From Promethearchaeia archaeon (GTDB lineage: Archaea > Asgardarchaeota > Lokiarchaeia > Sigyniarchaeales > SOKP01), in NCBI GenBank assembly GCA_029856125.1, contig JAHQWJ010000112.1, forward strand, positions 1 to 24,471: a DNA stretch of 24,471 nt, given 5' to 3'. How positions within the stretch are numbered: the first letter of the stretch is position 1; each line of letters opens with the position of its first letter. Of this stretch, positions 7,947 to 16,931 are shown piece by piece. Made by a program: the position numbers and the translations under genes. The notes below the pieces were generated by a model. It made no database searches. It saw only the letters and a list, made by a program, of their open reading frames with translations, and was not told the origin of the DNA.

Positions 7947-9776
7947 ATGGAGTTTAAAATGCCTAAGTATACTGGTGGAGAGATAATCTGCAAATATTTA
8001 ATAAAGGAGGGAGTAAAGTACGTTATCGGAATTCCTGGCCACGGAAATCTTCCGCTTGTAGATGCTTTCTTCAAAAATAAGGATAAAATTCAACTGATCC
8101 AACCTAAGCAAGAAATGTCAGGAGTTCATCTCGCAGTGGGATATTACAGAATCACTGGAAAGCCTTTATGTGTTTTTACATCAATTGGGCCTGGTGCAAT
8201 TAATACCGCTATTGGAGTTGCCGATGCATATGTAGATTCGTTTCCTTGTTTAGTAATTACAGGAGATACACACGTACACATGAGAGGTAAAGGTGTTCTC
8301 CAAGAGATTGAAAGAAAAAAAGATTCAAACATGCCCAAAATTTTAGAACCTATAGTAAAACGAAGTTTTGAAGTCGCTACAGTTGGACAGCTACCTACAA
8401 TAATGCAAAGAGCTTTTAATTACATGCTAACTGGGAGAAAAGGGCCAGTGCACATCGATCTTCCCATGGATGTGCAAGCAAGTGATATTGATATTGAAAT
8501 CCCCTTACCATTGGAACGAAGATCCTCAGGAAGGATTATGGGAGACTTTAAAATTATTAAAAAGGCAGCAAACTTATTAAAAAGTGCTAAAAGACCTGTT
8601 TTATTTATTGGTGGAGGTGCTCTTACTTCGAATTCCAGTGAAGAAGTAAAACTTCTAGCCGAAAAGATAGGTGCTGCTGTAGTAGTTACGATGATGGGAA
8701 AAGATATTATAGACAACTCGCATCCCCTTTATTGTTGGTCATCGGGCTCAAAGGGTACTACAATAGGATTAAATATGACATCAAAAGCAGATGTAATTCT
8801 TGCTTTAGGATGTAGATTTGCTGATGAAACGGCTAGCTCATATAGACAAGGTGTAAGTTTTTCCATACCTCCTTCAAAATTAATTCATATAGATATAGAT
8901 CCCCATGAAATTGGTAAAAATTACCCCGTATCTGTTGGGATAGTAGGGGATGCTAAAGCATGTTTACTACAAATTTTGCACGAGTTAAGCGATTATTCAA
9001 TTGATTATAAGAGGACCGATTACTTTGGAGAAATACAAGAAGAGAAAAAGAAATGGTTTGAATTTCTTGATGAGTATCGAGATGATTCTAAAGTGCCTGT
9101 AATGATAACGACTGTTTTAAGAGAAATTCGCAAATTTTTCGATCACGACGCCGTAATCGTAACAAGTTCTGGAAATGTTCAAGCTCAAATGTTACAGGAA
9201 TTAGAGTTCTACGAACCTAATACTTGCTTAACCGCTGGAGGGTTTTCAACAATGGGATATAGTGTTCCCGCAGCAATAGGTGCAAAATTGGGCTCTATAG
9301 ATATCGGAAAACAAGACAGACAGGTAGTAGCTCTCGTAGGAGATGGAGATTTCATGATGACATTATCAGAGATATCAATGGCAGTACAACTTGGATTGGA
9401 TAAGATATTTTTTATTGTTCTGAATAACCACGGCTGGATTGCTATTAAAGACCTACAACAAGCTGCTTTTGGTGAGGATAGAGGGTATGGGACCGCATTC
9501 GAGGATAATAACGGCAATACTTACTCTCCAGATTTCGCTAAAATTGGCGAGGCTTTTGGCTGCTATGCTGAAAGAATATCTAGGAAAGAAGAGATTATAC
9601 CCGCATTAGAAAGAGCAGCTACTTCAAAAAAACCAGCGGTAATAGAAATAGAAGTCCAAAGAGAATATCCATTTACCGGAAGTCCCGCAGTTGGATGGTG
9701 GGACGTACCGAAACCCGCATATTTAGAAGAGCGAAGAAAAGTATATGAAGAAGAAATAAAAGAAGAAAAACTGTAG
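7947..9776 (+). CDS. ThDP-dependent enzyme of the AHAS/IolD superfamily, IolD-like
   Basis: GIPGHGN, catalytic Glu (KQEMSG), TSIGPGA.N, VLQEIE, GPVHIDLPMDVQ, GDGDFMM...NN ThDP motif and C-terminal GWWDVP. True start may be ATG 7959 (GGAG 6 nt upstream). Confidence 0.85.
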   Translation: MEFKMPKYTGGEIICKYLIKEGVKYVIGIPGHGNLPLVDAFFKNKDKIQLIQPKQEMSGVHLAVGYYRITGKPLCVFTSIGPGAINTAIGVADAYVDSFPCLVITGDTHVHMRGKGVLQEIERKKDSNMPKILEPIVKRSFEVATVGQLPTIMQRAFNYMLTGRKGPVHIDLPMDVQASDIDIEIPLPLERRSSGRIMGDFKIIKKAANLLKSAKRPVLFIGGGALTSNSSEEVKLLAEKIGAAVVVTMMGKDIIDNSHPLYCWSSGSKGTTIGLNMTSKADVILALGCRFADETASSYRQGVSFSIPPSKLIHIDIDPHEIGKNYPVSVGIVGDAKACLLQILHELSDYSIDYKRTDYFGEIQEEKKKWFEFLDEYRDDSKVPVMITTVLREIRKFFDHDAVIVTSSGNVQAQMLQELEFYEPNTCLTAGGFSTMGYSVPAAIGAKLGSIDIGKQDRQVVALVGDGDFMMTLSEISMAVQLGLDKIFFIVLNNHGWIAIKDLQQAAFGEDRGYGTAFEDNNGNTYSPDFAKIGEAFGCYAERISRKEEIIPALERAATSKKPAVIEIEVQREYPFTGSPAVGWWDVPKPAYLEERRKVYEEEIKEEKL

Positions 9777-9788
9777 AAGTAATATCCT

Positions 9789-10352
9789 ATGCCAGCTCTC
9801 GAAATTAAGTATGAAGAGATATTTTTTGATCCTAAAGTTCAAACTATGTGCGTTTCACCCAGTTTTACTTGCCCACATTACAATCATTCTCATAGTTGTC
9901 CACCATCTGTCCCTTATTTAGAACAAGAAATTTCTAACTATAACAAGTTTTATCTGATATATTCGAGATTTAATTTGTCAGAATACATCAAAGAAAAAAA
10001 AGCAAAGCACCCAAAACGTAGCGAACAGAGAATAAAATATTTTTTTTACATGAATAATCTCTATAAGGAAAATTTGAAAAAAGAAGTCGAGAGTTTTGTA
10101 AATGATCTTGTCGACGAACCCAAAGAAATGCTGTTATTATTCGATGGAACATGTAGAATTTGTTTAAACGACCAAGATAAAGGCTGTACGTTTGATAGTG
10201 GAAAACCATGTCGGTATCCTGACAAAAAAATGATCTCAATGGAAGCTACAGGGATCGAAGTAATCCGAACTGTTGCTAAGTTACAAAAGAGAGATTTTGA
10301 GTATCCTTCCAAAACGTTTTCATATCGATTTGGGCTCGTTTGTCTTAAATAA
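9789..10352 (+). CDS. DUF2284-like Cys-rich predicted metal-binding protein
   Basis: C...CP.Y....SCPP, GTCRIC and C......CRYP....SMEATGI pattern. 12 bp after the ThDP gene. Confidence 0.8.
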   Translation: MPALEIKYEEIFFDPKVQTMCVSPSFTCPHYNHSHSCPPSVPYLEQEISNYNKFYLIYSRFNLSEYIKEKKAKHPKRSEQRIKYFFYMNNLYKENLKKEVESFVNDLVDEPKEMLLLFDGTCRICLNDQDKGCTFDSGKPCRYPDKKMISMEATGIEVIRTVAKLQKRDFEYPSKTFSYRFGLVCLK

Positions 10353-10371
10353 AATACTCAATCCTAAGTAT

Positions 10372-11928
10372 TTAGGAAAGAACCCTTCTAGGATAAATAG
10401 AATATTTGTTGTCAATTTTTTGTTTCAAGCTATGTGGTAAGCCAAATTCTTGAGCATAGAAATTAAATATTAACGTGTCAATTCTCCTTTGTTCTTCAAC
10501 ATAATTATAATGATAATCTTTATTTTTCTTTTCCATTATAATAGAAACTTGTTCTTCAACACCGTTTTTAATTCGATTATTAGGCAGAATAAAGGGTAAT
10601 GAATGTATACCGCTAATTTGTATGCTATTAGTGTTATTTATTATTCCTTTAGCAAGATAATTATAGAAAGAACTGTTTAACAAGCCTAACATGTAAGGAA
10701 TCGTAAGTGATTTATCTTTAAGGATAAAACCGATCGCTTTATTAGAATCCCAATAACACCCCTTTGGCATATACCTTGCAGCTAAACGCGAACTAACCCC
10801 ACTTATAACTATACCTTCTTTTTCAAATGGCACATTCTTGGGGATATCATAAATTTTAATCGCTTTTGCGCTCCAATCGAGAGCTTCCGAAATTGGTCTA
10901 AAATACTGTTCTGATCCCCCTCTTTTTAAATAAGGTTTCCATGCATTTGATTTCAAACTGTTTTCGCTAACGATTCTATATTTTTGATTCGATTCATTTA
11001 TATCCCTATTTTTTTTTTCAAAATTCTGAGCTAAATCAGTACTTTGAACAGCTGCAATGTATTTTCTATTGTCATGTGTATGCATTCCAATATATCCCTT
11101 TAGAAAAGCTTCCAATTTTGGAGCTGTTTCGAAAATGTTGACGATTTCTTCTTCAACATCCACAAAGAATATTCTAAAGGGTAGCGTATAATATTTTTCT
11201 TGATTAATCTTTAAGTGTCTTTTAGGTACGAGATAATCATTCTCACTCTTAACTCTCGGAACAATTCTCATGACATTTTGGTTTCTTCTAACTTGGTTGT
11301 GTTTACCAGAGCACTTTTCTAGAATTATAATTGCAGGGTTAGTACTAACTTTCTGATCAGAAAATAGATGCTTCGGAGCTAATAAAATTTCGATTATTAA
11401 GCAATTTTCCAGAATAAACTCTCTCAATCTTGTATGAGTGCTTAACGAGAGAAAAGAATCGCTAGTTATGAAGCCCAATCTTCCTCCATCCTTTAAACGC
11501 CATATGCTATTTACAATAAACATTGAATATGTTTCATGAGCATTAATTTTACCATAAATTTTTTTTAACCTTTTTTTATTGTTTTTTACGTAACTACTTG
11601 CCTTATTGAGGTAGGGAGGATTTCCAACAATAAAATCAAATTCTTCATAACATTCTGGGTTAATCGATAATAAGTTATCTAAATTTTTAAAACGCACCCC
11701 CAAATTTTCAATTATCGTCTCATAAGTGGGGTCTATATCGTAGGCATGAATTTGATTTCGATTTACACCTGCTTTTATTAATGTTTCAACAAAAACTCCC
11801 GGACCTACGCACGGATCTAATATTTTTTGACCTTTTTTAATCGTACTTAATTTAGACACTATGTATTCCGCTGTTTTAGGAGGAGTTAACACAACCCCCA
11901 ATTCTTTTCCTATCAAATCCTTTTTCAT
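10372..11928 (-). CDS. N6-adenine DNA methyltransferase (gamma class, Eco57I/TaqI-like) with C-terminal target-recognition domain; no adjacent nuclease
   Basis: LTPPKTAEYI, motif I ILDPCVGPGVF, motif IV IVGNPPY, LKDGGRLGFITSDSFL..LREFIL and TRD YMLGLLNS. Confidence 0.88.
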   Translation of the reverse strand: MKKDLIGKELGVVLTPPKTAEYIVSKLSTIKKGQKILDPCVGPGVFVETLIKAGVNRNQIHAYDIDPTYETIIENLGVRFKNLDNLLSINPECYEEFDFIVGNPPYLNKASSYVKNNKKRLKKIYGKINAHETYSMFIVNSIWRLKDGGRLGFITSDSFLSLSTHTRLREFILENCLIIEILLAPKHLFSDQKVSTNPAIIILEKCSGKHNQVRRNQNVMRIVPRVKSENDYLVPKRHLKINQEKYYTLPFRIFFVDVEEEIVNIFETAPKLEAFLKGYIGMHTHDNRKYIAAVQSTDLAQNFEKKNRDINESNQKYRIVSENSLKSNAWKPYLKRGGSEQYFRPISEALDWSAKAIKIYDIPKNVPFEKEGIVISGVSSRLAARYMPKGCYWDSNKAIGFILKDKSLTIPYMLGLLNSSFYNYLAKGIINNTNSIQISGIHSLPFILPNNRIKNGVEEQVSIIMEKKNKDYHYNYVEEQRRIDTLIFNFYAQEFGLPHSLKQKIDNKYSIYPRRVLS

Positions 11929-11955
11929 ACGATAATCTTATATTAAATATCTAGA

Positions 11956-13125
11956 TTAAGTTTGGTTGTCAAAAGCTATTAAGTTATCGATGATCATTTC
12001 GCATAATTTCTTTAAAAGAGGTATGTCTACCTTATCTACTGTGTCGTGTATCGAATGTATGTGTTCGTACGATTCCAAATCGCCTATCCCAATACCGTTA
12101 AATTGTTTCTTTTTTAAATAGTATCCATCAGAATAAGAACCAAAATATATTTTCTTTGGATTTCTTTTAATTTCTAATCCTTTAGTATTCTTTAGAAACA
12201 TATTAAAAATCGTGTAGATTTGATCCGACATCTTTTTACCCGGAAAGAAGTAGGTATTTTTAGCAATCGCATCAAAATTCAATACTATAGATTTATCTTT
12301 ATTAACACGAGTTAATTTATAATAAAAATTCCTAATTCCCATAGTTCCACATTCTTCTGTTCCTGTAAATACAAACCATAAATTATAATGTTTTAATCTA
12401 AATTTTGGATTTGAAAAATAGGTGAGTAATTCAAGTACACACGCGATACCAGAAGCATTATCAATTGCTCCATTAGAATCGTTATTTGTCGTATTTAAGA
12501 GGAATAGTATAGTAGAAATGAAGTTGACGGTTGTAGGGAAGATTCCTATAATGAAAAACAATAATGAAAATGGAGTAAAAATATAATTCTTAAAGATAAT
12601 AAGAGTTATTACTATTAACCCTGAAAATACCCATGTTCTTATAATTCTTATACGACCAAGAATCGAGAATTTTTGTCCTTTTGAGTCTAAATGGCACATA
12701 AAAATGATGTCTCTTTCTTTATGTTCTTCTTCTAAGTTGTCTCTCTCATCGAATTTAGTTCTAATTTTAACATAAAGATTACTAGAGTTTAATTTCTTAG
12801 GCAACCTTATGGATTCCGGTTTTCTCGTAAGAATGAATAAAAATCCCAAAATTACAAAAATTATCATAAAAAGAATAGATATAATGAATGAGGCAATATT
12901 TAGATAGAATAAAAAGAGAACCGTGAATCCTAATGAAAACGCCATTTTTGGATAGATTCTCCCAAAAAATGTGCTAAATACGAAATCTTGTGTTAACGGT
13001 TTAAGATTCAAATCTTCTACTTTAGAGTGAGCTAAGTTCAGTGCTTTTTTTTCACCATCTGTACCTGATAATCTTGGAAATGAAAATGTTGTTAAGTTCT
13101 CTTTTAAACGTTTTTCGTCTATCAT
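11956..13125 (-). CDS. M28-family zinc peptidase with two internal hydrophobic hairpins (membrane-anchored)
   Basis: PRLSGTDGE, CHLDSK, GAIDNASG, TEECG, NFD, SD and HSIHD metal-ligand motifs. Hydrophobic stretches at about aa 60-100 and 165-210. Confidence 0.82.
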   Translation of the reverse strand: MIDEKRLKENLTTFSFPRLSGTDGEKKALNLAHSKVEDLNLKPLTQDFVFSTFFGRIYPKMAFSLGFTVLFLFYLNIASFIISILFMIIFVILGFLFILTRKPESIRLPKKLNSSNLYVKIRTKFDERDNLEEEHKERDIIFMCHLDSKGQKFSILGRIRIIRTWVFSGLIVITLIIFKNYIFTPFSLLFFIIGIFPTTVNFISTILFLLNTTNNDSNGAIDNASGIACVLELLTYFSNPKFRLKHYNLWFVFTGTEECGTMGIRNFYYKLTRVNKDKSIVLNFDAIAKNTYFFPGKKMSDQIYTIFNMFLKNTKGLEIKRNPKKIYFGSYSDGYYLKKKQFNGIGIGDLESYEHIHSIHDTVDKVDIPLLKKLCEMIIDNLIAFDNQT

Positions 13126-13145
13126 TTATTTACCCCTACTATATT

Positions 13146-14810
13146 TTATTCTAAGTAAGCCCCGTACTTCGCTGAACTTACGAGTTTTCTATAAAGTCTT
13201 AAATATCCTTTTTTAACTTTTGATTCTGGCCTTTTCCAATTATTTAATCTTTTTTCTATTTCATCTTTGGATACTAATAAGTTAAGCTGTCGATTAACTA
13301 TATCGATTTCGATCTCGTCACCATCGAGAACTATTGAAATTGGGCCTCCATCATACGCTTCTGGGCACACATGCCCGATACACGGTCCTCTTGTAGCACC
13401 TGAATACCTTCCATCGGTGATCATGGCGACCGATTCACCTAATCCCATACCGATAAGAATTGCAGCTGGTATTGATAATTCTCTCATCCCGGGTCCACCT
13501 TTAGGCCCCTCGTTTCTAATAACTAACACGTCTCCTTCTTTGATTTTATCTTCTATTAGCGCATCTGTTATTTCCTCTTCTGATTCAAATACTTTTGCAA
13601 AACCTTTGTGATATTTCATTTTATCGCTGACTGCGCTTTGTTTTATTATCGCTCCTTCTGGTGCTAAATTCCCTTTTAGAACCGCAATTCCTCCCTCAGT
13701 TGAAATTGGATCGTCTATAGATCGTATAATATGGTATTCGTCGATTATGAATTTTTCGAGATACTCTTTTAGAGGCTCTCCTAATACAGTTACAGTTGAC
13801 AAGTCTAGTATTTTCGCTAGTTTCTTCATTAAAACCTTAACTCCTCCTGCTTCGTGAAACTCTGTGATCGTGTATTCAGACGAAGGTTTGAATTTCGCCA
13901 AAAGAGGGACAGATTTACTTAGCTCATCGAAATCAAAGTGGTTTAAAGAGCCACCTAGTTCGTGTGATAACGCACACATGTGAAGCATCATATTTGTTGA
14001 TCCCCCAAAAGAGAGGGCGACTTTACAGGCATTTATAATAGACTGATTAGTAATTAAATCTAAAGCAGTTATTTTTTTTTCTACAAGACTTATTATTGTT
14101 TTCCCTGTTTCTCTACTCAAATCTTGTCGCTTAGTCCCAATAGCACTTAGAGTAGCACAATCCGGTAAAGAAAGCCCTAACGCTTCAACAATGCACGCCA
14201 TTGTGTTTGCGGTCCCCATCATATTACATGCTCCCACAGAACAACAAGTTTCCGATTCTATAAGGCGTAATTCTTCTGAAGTTATTTTCTTTGATTTGTA
14301 TTGACCAATTGCCTCTTTTATATCGGATGTGACATAGGTCTTCCCTTTTAATGAACCAGTTGTAAAAATTTTAGGTTCCATTATACCACCCGTCAGAAAA
14401 ATAGTTGGAATATCGCACCTAACAGCTGCTAAAAGCATGCCTGGGATAATTTTATCACAAGAACAGATCATAACCATCCCATCAAACTCATAGGCTTTAA
14501 TTGTGCTTTCAACTGATGAAGCAATGATTTCTCGCGTAGGTAAAACAAAATTAGAATTTTTGCCTGAATTAGCAATTCCATCGCATAAAGCTATCGTATT
14601 GAACTCCATAGGCGTTCCTCCAGCTTCTCTAACGCCATCTTTTACAAACGAGCTTAATTTTTGTAAATGAATGTGACCTGGGTTAATTTCATTCCACGAG
14701 TTTACTATTGCTATTAAAGGTTTTTCCAAATCCTGATAAGAATATCCACATCCATGAAATAATGCTCTTTTATAAGCTAAAAGAGGATCTAATTCTTTTT
14801 TTTCTAACAC
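13146..14810 (-). CDS. ilvD: Dihydroxy-acid dehydratase (IlvD/Edd family)
   Basis: [52 protein letters not shown] and GHVCPEA. GTG start. Confidence 0.92.
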   Translation of the reverse strand: MLEKKELDPLLAYKRALFHGCGYSYQDLEKPLIAIVNSWNEINPGHIHLQKLSSFVKDGVREAGGTPMEFNTIALCDGIANSGKNSNFVLPTREIIASSVESTIKAYEFDGMVMICSCDKIIPGMLLAAVRCDIPTIFLTGGIMEPKIFTTGSLKGKTYVTSDIKEAIGQYKSKKITSEELRLIESETCCSVGACNMMGTANTMACIVEALGLSLPDCATLSAIGTKRQDLSRETGKTIISLVEKKITALDLITNQSIINACKVALSFGGSTNMMLHMCALSHELGGSLNHFDFDELSKSVPLLAKFKPSSEYTITEFHEAGGVKVLMKKLAKILDLSTVTVLGEPLKEYLEKFIIDEYHIIRSIDDPISTEGGIAVLKGNLAPEGAIIKQSAVSDKMKYHKGFAKVFESEEEITDALIEDKIKEGDVLVIRNEGPKGGPGMRELSIPAAILIGMGLGESVAMITDGRYSGATRGPCIGHVCPEAYDGGPISIVLDGDEIEIDIVNRQLNLLVSKDEIEKRLNNWKRPESKVKKGYLRLYRKLVSSAKYGAYLE

Positions 14811-14920
14811 CGTATATTATCAAATCCGCTCAAGGTTTAATTATATTTAATGTAAAATTACATCTAAATATTATTTTAAGGCATAATTCTTTTATCTAAA
14901 TCTTAATAAAGTTAATATTT

Positions 14921-15682
14921 CTAAAATCTAAGAGAGAGACAAGAAAGACCTCCATCCATCTTTTCAAATTCAGACATTTCAAGTTCTATTACTCTAAAAC
15001 TAAAGTTTAGGAGTTGTTTCTTTAAGTTTACATATCCCTTTGGTATAAGCACATATTTATTTATCCTAAGGCTATTTGTTGCGTAAACATCACTTTCTTG
15101 AACTTCAATGAGATTATACTTTCTAAAATCGGGATGGTTTTTAAATTCCCCAGATACAAGTAAAATTGCATCCCCTAAATAAGAAATTCCCGTTTTTAAG
15201 TGGAGAACTTCTTTAAGAGGAACTGTGGTTGAAGAATATCCATATTTTTTTAAAATCCTCTTTAATTGATTGGCTCCTTCATTATTTGTTCTATTCGAAA
15301 GTCCTACGTAATAATGTTCTTCAACCTTCATTACATCTCCTCCTTCTAACGTACCAGGTTTTCTTATTGATTCGATTGTGTTGTAAAATGTCTTTAATTT
15401 ATCGCTAATTTCAACTTGTTCACCTTGTCTACTTTTTGCTCCAAGATTAGTAATTACAGCGAAATCTTTATCCACTATTGCGGTATCTTCAACAAAAGTA
15501 GAATCTGGAAAGCGAACATCTTCATTTAATTCAAGTACAGAGAGGTTACACCTTATAAGTGCTTCTACATATTTTGAATGCTGTAGTAAAGCCCTTTGAT
15601 AATCAGGTTTTCCTAAATTGGATGTAGAAATCCCAAATTGAAAATTTTTACATGGCTTCCTGACTATTGCGTGTTTAAACAT
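14921..15682 (-). CDS. ddah: N(G),N(G)-dimethylarginine dimethylaminohydrolase (amidinotransferase superfamily)
   Basis: FPDSTFVEDTA, LEGGDV, GLSNRTN, LHLKTG and C-terminal DGGLSCLSLRF (catalytic Cys). Confidence 0.88.
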   Translation of the reverse strand: MFKHAIVRKPCKNFQFGISTSNLGKPDYQRALLQHSKYVEALIRCNLSVLELNEDVRFPDSTFVEDTAIVDKDFAVITNLGAKSRQGEQVEISDKLKTFYNTIESIRKPGTLEGGDVMKVEEHYYVGLSNRTNNEGANQLKRILKKYGYSSTTVPLKEVLHLKTGISYLGDAILLVSGEFKNHPDFRKYNLIEVQESDVYATNSLRINKYVLIPKGYVNLKKQLLNFSFRVIELEMSEFEKMDGGLSCLSLRF

Positions 15683-15821
15683 AATTCTAACAATTTATTT
15701 GTACACAATATTTGAATTTTTATTTGTTTAGATTTAACTACAGATAATTCTTATTAAGTTTAATTTTCTTGTGTAGAGAAACAGAGTCATATAAATTTCA
15801 TAAATAATTTTATTAAATGAT

Positions 15822-16928
15822 ATGCTGAAGGTTGGAATTATTGGAACGGGGGTCATTTTCGATTTAAATGTTCTTGGATACTTGAATAATGAAGATGTTG
15901 AAATTACAAGCTTATGCAATAGAACTTTAGATAAAGCTAAAGCTAAAATTAAAAAATTCCAACTACATAAGGATACCCGAATATATTCTGACTACAAAGA
16001 AATGCTCGATAAAGAGCAATTAGATTTAATAGAGATTTTACTTCCCCATCATCTCCACGCAGATGCTACTATTTATGCTGCTAAAAAAGGAATTAAGGTA
16101 ATATCGGTTCAGAAGCCTATGGCTTTAAATCTTGAACAGGCAGACGAAATGATTGAAGCGTGTAAAAAATCTCAGTCAATATTATCAATTTATGAAAATT
16201 TCATGTTTGCTCCACATATTTTAAAAGCTAAAGAGCTACTTGATGCAGACTACATAGGTGATCCATCCTCAATTCGAATTAAAACTGCTATAGGTGCTAC
16301 GGGAGGTTGGAAAGTACCAGAAAGTGCTAATAAATGGAGAAAGGATCCAGAGATGGTTGGAGGTACCGAAAAAGGTTCACCTGTTTTATTAGATAACGGT
16401 TGGCACGCCTTTGCTTTGGCATCCTGGTTTTTTGGAGAAGAAATCGAAAGAGTATTTGCCTGGACAGGTAATTATAAAGGTTTAGATGCACCCGCTTATG
16501 TAATGTTCAAATATAAGCAAAGTAGAGAGCATGTAATCCCTCAATATGGGCATATGGAATTTTCTCTGATGCCAGAAATGCAAATTCCCTCTAAATATTA
16601 CCCTACGGACGAATTTATTGAAATCATCGCAAGTAGAGGAGTAATGAAAATTAATCAAGGGACATCCATAGGAAATATGATGTCAGAATCGAAAATTTTT
16701 GCTCCTATCGTCATAATTCGAGATGGGAAAGTAGAAACTTACGAAAATTTTGACAATGACTGGAAAATTAGCTTTATAAAAGCCACAAAACACCTTATAG
16801 ATGTTGCTAAAGACAAGATAGAACCAATACTCTCTGGGGAAAATGCGAGAAAGACCCTAAAATTCAATTTAGCAGCTATAAAATCCGCTCAAATAAGTAA
16901 AGAAGTCGTACTTGACAAATTCGAATAA
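15822..16928 (+). CDS. Gfo/Idh/MocA-family NAD(P)-dependent oxidoreductase (paralog A)
   Basis: KVGIIGTG Rossmann motif, LPHHLH, VQKPMA, YENF and LLDNGWH. Confidence 0.88.
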   Translation: MLKVGIIGTGVIFDLNVLGYLNNEDVEITSLCNRTLDKAKAKIKKFQLHKDTRIYSDYKEMLDKEQLDLIEILLPHHLHADATIYAAKKGIKVISVQKPMALNLEQADEMIEACKKSQSILSIYENFMFAPHILKAKELLDADYIGDPSSIRIKTAIGATGGWKVPESANKWRKDPEMVGGTEKGSPVLLDNGWHAFALASWFFGEEIERVFAWTGNYKGLDAPAYVMFKYKQSREHVIPQYGHMEFSLMPEMQIPSKYYPTDEFIEIIASRGVMKINQGTSIGNMMSESKIFAPIVIIRDGKVETYENFDNDWKISFIKATKHLIDVAKDKIEPILSGENARKTLKFNLAAIKSAQISKEVVLDKFE

Positions 16929-16931
16929 AGA

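Noticed and set aside
9774-9791. In-frame TAG between the ThDP enzyme and DUF2284 (possible pyrrolysine or readthrough fusion)
   Set aside because: A TAA follows two codons later (TAG AAG TAA), so readthrough would not fuse the genes.
10489-10560. 12-bp direct repeat TTGTTCTTCAAC, 60 bp apart
   Set aside because: Only two copies, both encoding VEEQ inside the MTase; not CRISPR-like.
1-14810. A branched-chain amino acid operon (leuCD + ilvB + ilvD)
   Set aside because: The genes are scattered on different strands, ilvC/ilvH/leuA/leuB are absent, and the ThDP enzyme lacks AHAS signature motifs.
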